IMG/VR virus record: IMGVR_UViG_3300009658_000001
DNA: 51,901 nt
Reading direction: 5' to 3' (one strand)
DNA from: a virus
In this document: positions 46,877-51,901 of the stretch, piece after piece
How positions within the stretch are numbered: the first letter of the stretch is position 1
How the letters are laid out: the number at the start of each line of letters is the position of its first letter
Program-made: the position numbers and the translations under genes
The notes under the pieces: generated by a model
What the model was told of the DNA's origin: nothing
Database searches by the model: none
Seen by the model: the letters and a program-made list of their open reading frames with translations, nothing else

Positions 46877-49736
46877 TACCCAGCAGGCGGTGGGCGCGTT
46901 CAACGCGCTCGCTCAATCCATCGCGTCCGCGACTGCCCAGTTCAACAATCTGAACCGTGCGATGGCCAGTGGCAATACCATGGCCAGGAATTATTCTGGT
47001 CAGGTCACGGCGATCAACACCGCGTTCAACTCGCTCACGAGCATTCTGAGCGGAGTGTTCGGCGCGATTCAGAAGATCGGCGCTGGTATCCAATTCGTGT
47101 TCAGCTCGATCGTGAAAGAGTTGGACAAGCTGCAGGGCTTCAACGCCATTATGTCGGTCACGACGAAGTCGGCCGACGGCGTTTCCCAGAGTTACGACTT
47201 CTTGCGCAAGACCGCCGACAAGCTCGGCGTGCAGTTCGACGCGCTCACAGGTAACTACGCGAAACTTTTGGCGTCGATGCCCGCGACCAACGAGGGGCTG
47301 CGAGCGACGCAGAACGTCTTCACTGGCATCGCGCTCGCGGCGCGCACGTTGCACGCCAGCAACCAGGACACTCAACTCATGTTCTACGCCATCACGCAGA
47401 TGGCGAGCAAGGGCGCGGTGTCCATGGAGGAGCTGCGCAGACAGTTGGGCGAGAAGCTCCCTGGTGTCATGCAAATCGCGGCGAGGGCACTGAGTACGAC
47501 GCCCGAACTGCTCGAGAAGGCGATTCGTACTGGCACCGTCAATTCCGCGAAGTTTCTCGAATACTTCGGCGACGAGATGATTCGCACGTTTCAGGAGCCA
47601 GCAGAAAAGGCTTCGACGAGCGTGTCGGCGAGCATCAATCGTCTTACGAACGTGTGGGTGGACTTCGTCAAGGAGATCCTCGATTCCGGCGCCGGCACGT
47701 CGATCGCGAATATCTTCGACGCGATCCGTGAAAAGCTGAGCGATCCGTACGTCATTGAGCAGTTCGCCGAATTGGTCAAGCGACTCGCGGACCGATTCAC
47801 GGAGTTCGTCAAAAATCTGACGCAGGAGGACGTGCGCAACGGGTTCGACACGCTCGCCAACGGCGTCACGATGGTCGTCAACGTCATCGAAAAGCTCGTT
47901 TCATTGCTTCAGTGGGTCGTCAACAACGGCAAAACCGCCGGCGCGATCATCGGGGCACTTGCAGGCGGCGCTGCTGGCGCAGTGGCAGGTCCATGGGGCA
48001 TCGCTGTTGGGGCTGTTGCCGGAGCTGCGGGCGGCGCGTACGCGGGTTCCCAGCTGCAGTCGTCGCCGGAGCAGTTGGCTGCGCAGGGTCAAGCTCACGT
48101 CAACGCCGTCGAAGCGGCGCGCCAAAAGCGCCTCGATCAGCAGAATTTGCTGATGACGCAGATGATTCCACTCCTCGGCGAGTTCAAGGGACTGAAAACC
48201 TTGAGCGGTCTCGAAAATCTGTGGAAAGCGGAGAACCTCAACACGAGAACGCTCGAGCAGTTGAACGCGATTTTGAAGAATCCCGCGTTCAAGACCGACG
48301 CGCAGAAGGCTGACGCGGTCAAAAGTCTTGCGCAGTACGGAACGGTGTTGACCGCGCCCGGCAAGCTCTCTGACGTGATGGGTCCAGGTAAAGCAAAGGG
48401 TTCGAACAAGCGCGATCCGGTCGCGGACGATATGATGCGTGCCGTGGGCCTTGATCCGAAGTTCTACGAACACTTGGGCAATTACAAGAAATTGCTGGAC
48501 GCTGGCAAACTTGACGCTCAGCAGTACGAGGACGCGGTCACGAAGCTCATTCAAAAACAGCCATTCGCCATTGAATTGGCGAAGGAGGAGCGCAAGGAGC
48601 GGGAGCGTATCTCCAAGGAGACTACTGACTACATCACCTTCGTGCTGCGCGGCGTTCAGGCCAAGGAGCGCCTCAACGCGGCGTTGGACGAGGAGTTGCA
48701 GAAGACGCAGCTCCTAGGCCCGTACGCCGAGACAGAGGCTAAATTGATTCAGCAGGTGAACGACCTCAAAGAGGCCGGGGCGAGGGTCACTGGCGAAGAG
48801 GTTGATCTTCTGCGCGAGAAGCTCCGTTACCTTGACGAGGCACGACGGATTCAGTCTGCTGCACAAAACGTTCTTGACTCGACGGTGTACCGCAACCGTG
48901 GCACTGAAACTATGCTGCAGGGCATGGACCGTGCCGGCGAGTTCGGTGCTTCGAAACAGGACCTTTCGAATTACGCGGTTCAGCAGAGTCCGCAGCTGTT
49001 CTCTGGCACGGAAGAGTACTACGCGCTTCAGAGGCAGCAGGCCGACGATTTGATTGCGTACTTCGACGCGCTCCGTCAGCGTAACCTAATTTCCGAACAG
49101 ACTTACAGCTCTCTCGTGATGCAGCAGGAGGTGGCGCTTCACGCCGAGCGGCTCAAGAGCACCTCTGACTTTTTCGGCGGACTGGCCTCGCTCTCGAAGT
49201 CCGGTAACAGCAAAATCGCGGCGATCGGTAAGGCCGCGGCGGTGGCTCAGGCGACAATCGACGGCGTGTTAGCTGTACAGAAGGCGTTGGCGGCGCCGCC
49301 CGGGTGGCCGTACAACGCTGCGAACGTGATCGCGGTGGGCATCAGTGCTGCGGCGAACGTTGCACAGATCGCCGGCATCGGCGGGTTCCGCTCCGGCGGC
49401 TACACGGGCGACGTCGGGCGCGACCAGGTCGCGGGCGTAGTACACGGTCAGGAGTACGTGGTGAACGCATCCGCCACGGCCCGCAACCGTGCTGCGCTCG
49501 AAGCGATGAACGCGGGCTCCACGGTCGGCAGCGGATCACAGTACGTGGAAGTGGTCGTCAACAACAATGCTGCTGGCACTCAAGCGACGGCGGCGCAGCA
49601 GGACACGCCGGACGGCAAGCGCATCGAGATCACGATCGAGGAGGTCGTGGTGAAGAGCGTGCGGCGCGGCGGTCGCATCGCCGACGCGATGGAGGGTCAG
49701 TACGGGCTGAACCGTGCGGCCGGAGCGGTGCGCTGA
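46848..49736 (+). CDS. Tape measure protein
   Basis: 962-aa helical, Gly/Ala-rich protein in the canonical position. Confidence 0.9.
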   Translation: MATSLQVNASTQQAVGAFNALAQSIASATAQFNNLNRAMASGNTMARNYSGQVTAINTAFNSLTSILSGVFGAIQKIGAGIQFVFSSIVKELDKLQGFNAIMSVTTKSADGVSQSYDFLRKTADKLGVQFDALTGNYAKLLASMPATNEGLRATQNVFTGIALAARTLHASNQDTQLMFYAITQMASKGAVSMEELRRQLGEKLPGVMQIAARALSTTPELLEKAIRTGTVNSAKFLEYFGDEMIRTFQEPAEKASTSVSASINRLTNVWVDFVKEILDSGAGTSIANIFDAIREKLSDPYVIEQFAELVKRLADRFTEFVKNLTQEDVRNGFDTLANGVTMVVNVIEKLVSLLQWVVNNGKTAGAIIGALAGGAAGAVAGPWGIAVGAVAGAAGGAYAGSQLQSSPEQLAAQGQAHVNAVEAARQKRLDQQNLLMTQMIPLLGEFKGLKTLSGLENLWKAENLNTRTLEQLNAILKNPAFKTDAQKADAVKSLAQYGTVLTAPGKLSDVMGPGKAKGSNKRDPVADDMMRAVGLDPKFYEHLGNYKKLLDAGKLDAQQYEDAVTKLIQKQPFAIELAKEERKERERISKETTDYITFVLRGVQAKERLNAALDEELQKTQLLGPYAETEAKLIQQVNDLKEAGARVTGEEVDLLREKLRYLDEARRIQSAAQNVLDSTVYRNRGTETMLQGMDRAGEFGASKQDLSNYAVQQSPQLFSGTEEYYALQRQQADDLIAYFDALRQRNLISEQTYSSLVMQQEVALHAERLKSTSDFFGGLASLSKSGNSKIAAIGKAAAVAQATIDGVLAVQKALAAPPGWPYNAANVIAVGISAAANVAQIAGIGGFRSGGYTGDVGRDQVAGVVHGQEYVVNASATARNRAALEAMNAGSTVGSGSQYVEVVVNNNAAGTQATAAQQDTPDGKRIEITIEEVVVKSVRRGGRIADAMEGQYGLNRAAGAVR

Positions 49737-50509
49737 TGACGACGGGCATCCGTTTTCCGCCAGGGCTCAGGCCTCCGGACCGTGACGGATACGCCGACGC
49801 GCTCGAAGAGGGCCGCACTGAGTTTCAGCCCGACGTGGGCGCGGCGCGTCGGCGGAACAAGTTTCGGACGACTCCTCGGCTGTTCGACGTCACCTGGACC
49901 TTTACCCAGGGCGAATACTACGCGTTCGACTGGTGGGTACAGAACACCGTCGACGGCGGAGCACGCGAGTTCGACGTCCAACTGTTGGACGACGATGCGA
50001 CCCTCGTGTGGTACACTGTTCAGGGCGTCGGGCCGTTCAGCTACGACATCGCCGACCCTGAGGGGGAGTTGCGGTATGTTGTGAAGTGGAAGTTCCGCGC
50101 CAAGGACGAGTCCTTCGGCGAGTTCAGGCCGGCCGGCACCAACGAGCTGTACGGGAGGTGCGCGCCTGGCGTCACGGCGCGCGGTCGCCTGCTCGTGTAC
50201 ACGCCGTTCAGGGGCCGCACGTCCGTCGGCGTCGTGAGCGCGCGGACGAGGTTCAGTCTGCCGGCGATGCGTGGAATCGCCAACGTCGGCATGTACTGGC
50301 TGCCGCGGGCTCAGTTCGCGCCGTTCCCGCTCTACGGCCTCACTGCCGTCGGCGTGGTGTCTGCGACCGGCGCGATTCACATCGACACGATTCACTACTA
50401 TCCGGAACTGTCCAGGCAGTGGCAGGACTATGACTGGTTCGGCATAGGCGCTTCGCAGGACATCAACGACGAGCCTGACGTGGTTCAGCGCGAATGGATT
50501 GGAGTCTGA
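49736..50509 (+). CDS. Distal/minor tail protein
   Basis: ATG overlapping the tape measure TGA. The N-terminal domain appears related to that of 50844..51833. Confidence 0.55.
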   Translation: MTTGIRFPPGLRPPDRDGYADALEEGRTEFQPDVGAARRRNKFRTTPRLFDVTWTFTQGEYYAFDWWVQNTVDGGAREFDVQLLDDDATLVWYTVQGVGPFSYDIADPEGELRYVVKWKFRAKDESFGEFRPAGTNELYGRCAPGVTARGRLLVYTPFRGRTSVGVVSARTRFSLPAMRGIANVGMYWLPRAQFAPFPLYGLTAVGVVSATGAIHIDTIHYYPELSRQWQDYDWFGIGASQDINDEPDVVQREWIGV

Positions 50510-50510
50510 T

Positions 50511-50840
50511 ATGGCATTCTTGGAAAAGGGCAACGAGGGCGCGCTGAACGGTACGACGGGGGTCAGTGTGGTCCCGACGCCTGGCAGCGGAGTTCGGCGA
50601 CTCGTGCGCAACGTCGGCGTCACCAATCGCGACACGGTCGCGCACGTGGTGACACTGTTCAAGGACAAGAACGGTACCGCCTACGAGTTGGCGCGCGAGT
50701 CTTTGCAGCCAGCGGATTACTGGACGTTCGACAAGTTGATGGTGCTCGACGCGGACGACGAGTCGATCGTGGCGAAGTCCGACGCCACGGCGACGACGAC
50801 CGAGCCGTCCTTCGACGCGGCCTTCGCGGACGCATCCTGA
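50511..50840 (+). CDS. Hypothetical tail-module protein
   Basis: ATG at 50511, 1 nt after the upstream stop. 109 aa. Confidence 0.5.
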   Translation: MAFLEKGNEGALNGTTGVSVVPTPGSGVRRLVRNVGVTNRDTVAHVVTLFKDKNGTAYELARESLQPADYWTFDKLMVLDADDESIVAKSDATATTTEPSFDAAFADAS

Positions 50841-50843
50841 GCG

Positions 50844-51833
50844 ATGGCCACTCCCGCGTACCCCAGCGCGCTCCCGCTGCCATACAGTTTCCGACTGACA
50901 GCGGCGGACCAGGTGTTGGCCGGTGACAGCGACGGTCCGAAGGACCTTCGTCGATTTACGCTCGTGCCGGGCGCGACGGTCGACGTCAGCTTTCGTTTTC
51001 TGCGGGACCAGTATTCGGCGTTCGTCAAGTGGCTCAAGGTCGACCTCAAGCGCGGTCTGAGGTGGTTCATGCTCCCGCTGCCGTCGGCCGCCGGCATCAC
51101 TCCGCACGTAGTGAGGTTCAAGGGTCGCCCGCAAGGATCGATGGGCGGCCACCGCTACTGGGAGGTGACGGCGGAGATCGAGATTCGTGAGCGGAGGTAC
51201 GCGCCACTGACCAACGTCGTCTTTTCTGAGGACTTCGAGAACGGTATCAGTGACTGGCAGACGAACGTTGGCGGCGCGAACTCCACCGCGTTCTTCAGCA
51301 TACAGCCGTCGCCCTACGGCTCGCAGGCACTGTTCGGCGCGAAAGTCACCGCGTTCAGCGCCGCGTCAGACAGGCGACGCAAGTTCTACTTCGCCGACGA
51401 AGAGCCGTTCAACCGATTCCAATGCAAAGGCATGATGCCCACTGGCGGCAACGCGAATGACGACAGTCCGTCCATCGCCGTGATCAACGCGGCCGGTACT
51501 GGTGTTTTCGCGATGCAGATTTCGCGCGAAGTCAGCTACGACGCGCAACAGCGGCCGGTCTTCAATCTTGGCGGCGAGTCGCTCTTTCCTGGCACCGTGC
51601 GCATTCCGTACGATGTATGGATGGAGTTCAATATCGCAGTTAACCCTGGAGCTGGTCAAAGCACGTACTTCATTCGACGACTGGATACGGGCGATCTGTG
51701 GGCGTCCGGGACTTTTGCCAACGATCATGGTTCGTACAAACTGTGCGCCGGCTTGCAGATTTACAGTGAAGCGAGCGCGGACTTTACGTCCCAAGCTGGC
51801 TACATCGACGATCTGATCTGCTACACGGAGTAA
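50844..51833 (+). CDS. Minor tail protein with a C-terminal lectin-like domain
   Basis: 329-aa ORF that ends inside the terminal repeat and is followed by the DUF1833 gene across the circular junction. Confidence 0.55.
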   Translation: MATPAYPSALPLPYSFRLTAADQVLAGDSDGPKDLRRFTLVPGATVDVSFRFLRDQYSAFVKWLKVDLKRGLRWFMLPLPSAAGITPHVVRFKGRPQGSMGGHRYWEVTAEIEIRERRYAPLTNVVFSEDFENGISDWQTNVGGANSTAFFSIQPSPYGSQALFGAKVTAFSAASDRRRKFYFADEEPFNRFQCKGMMPTGGNANDDSPSIAVINAAGTGVFAMQISREVSYDAQQRPVFNLGGESLFPGTVRIPYDVWMEFNIAVNPGAGQSTYFIRRLDTGDLWASGTFANDHGSYKLCAGLQIYSEASADFTSQAGYIDDLICYTE

Positions 51834-51901
51834 TCGTGCCAGTTTATCGCACTCCCAAGCGCGGCGTCACTTACTCGGAGGCACTCGCTTCCGCGTACGC
51901 C
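51779..51901. repeat. Terminal direct repeat, copy 2, identical to 1..123.
   Basis: Same 123-bp string as the window start. It contains the stop of 50844..51833 and the GTG start of the gene at 58 again. Confidence 0.95.

Overview
This window is a complete phage genome. Bases 1..123 are identical to 51779..51901, which indicates a circular-assembly overlap or terminal redundancy, so the unit length is 51,778 bp. It is a high-GC dsDNA siphovirus-like phage: it has a 962-aa tape measure, a tail tube and a lambda-like tail tip. An embedded Rz/Rz1 spanin pair points to a Gram-negative host. There are about 85 tightly packed ORFs, nearly all on the + strand, and many are joined by ATGA/GTGA/TGATG overlaps.

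Modules:
- Tail tip and fibres, 58-7084, ending in an odd 2OG-oxygenase plus QueC-like pair.
- Replication and recombination, 7247-16159: primase-helicase, family-A DNA polymerase, Cas4-like nuclease, VRR-NUC, SNF2 helicase.
- Nucleotide metabolism, 16156-23011.
- Early small genes, 23858-31602, including ThyX, a DEDD exonuclease and an MBD4-like glycosylase.
- A repeat-rich, poorly coding island holding the only minus-strand operon, 31603-35462.
- Lysis, 36276-37696.
- Packaging, head and tail, 38369-51833.

The strongest candidate system is an operon that looks like a full cytosine-replacement and hypermodification pathway: a MazG-like NTPase, a T4 gp42-like dCMP hydroxymethylase, a dNMP kinase, a NodU/CmcH O-carbamoyltransferase and a dCMP deaminase. 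It predicts 5-hydroxymethyl-C or O-carbamoylated 5hmC DNA.

Other unexplained signals:
- a five-copy GGCTCCCGGACG stem-loop element at operon boundaries;
- two promoter families built on GTAC palindromes;
- iteron arrays (GTGCGATG, CCCGCTGGGG, 72-bp perfect direct repeats) around two paralogous coiled-coil/HTH proteins.

No tRNA, rRNA, CRISPR array, integrase or reverse transcriptase was seen. All functional calls come from motif recognition by eye, not from database searches.
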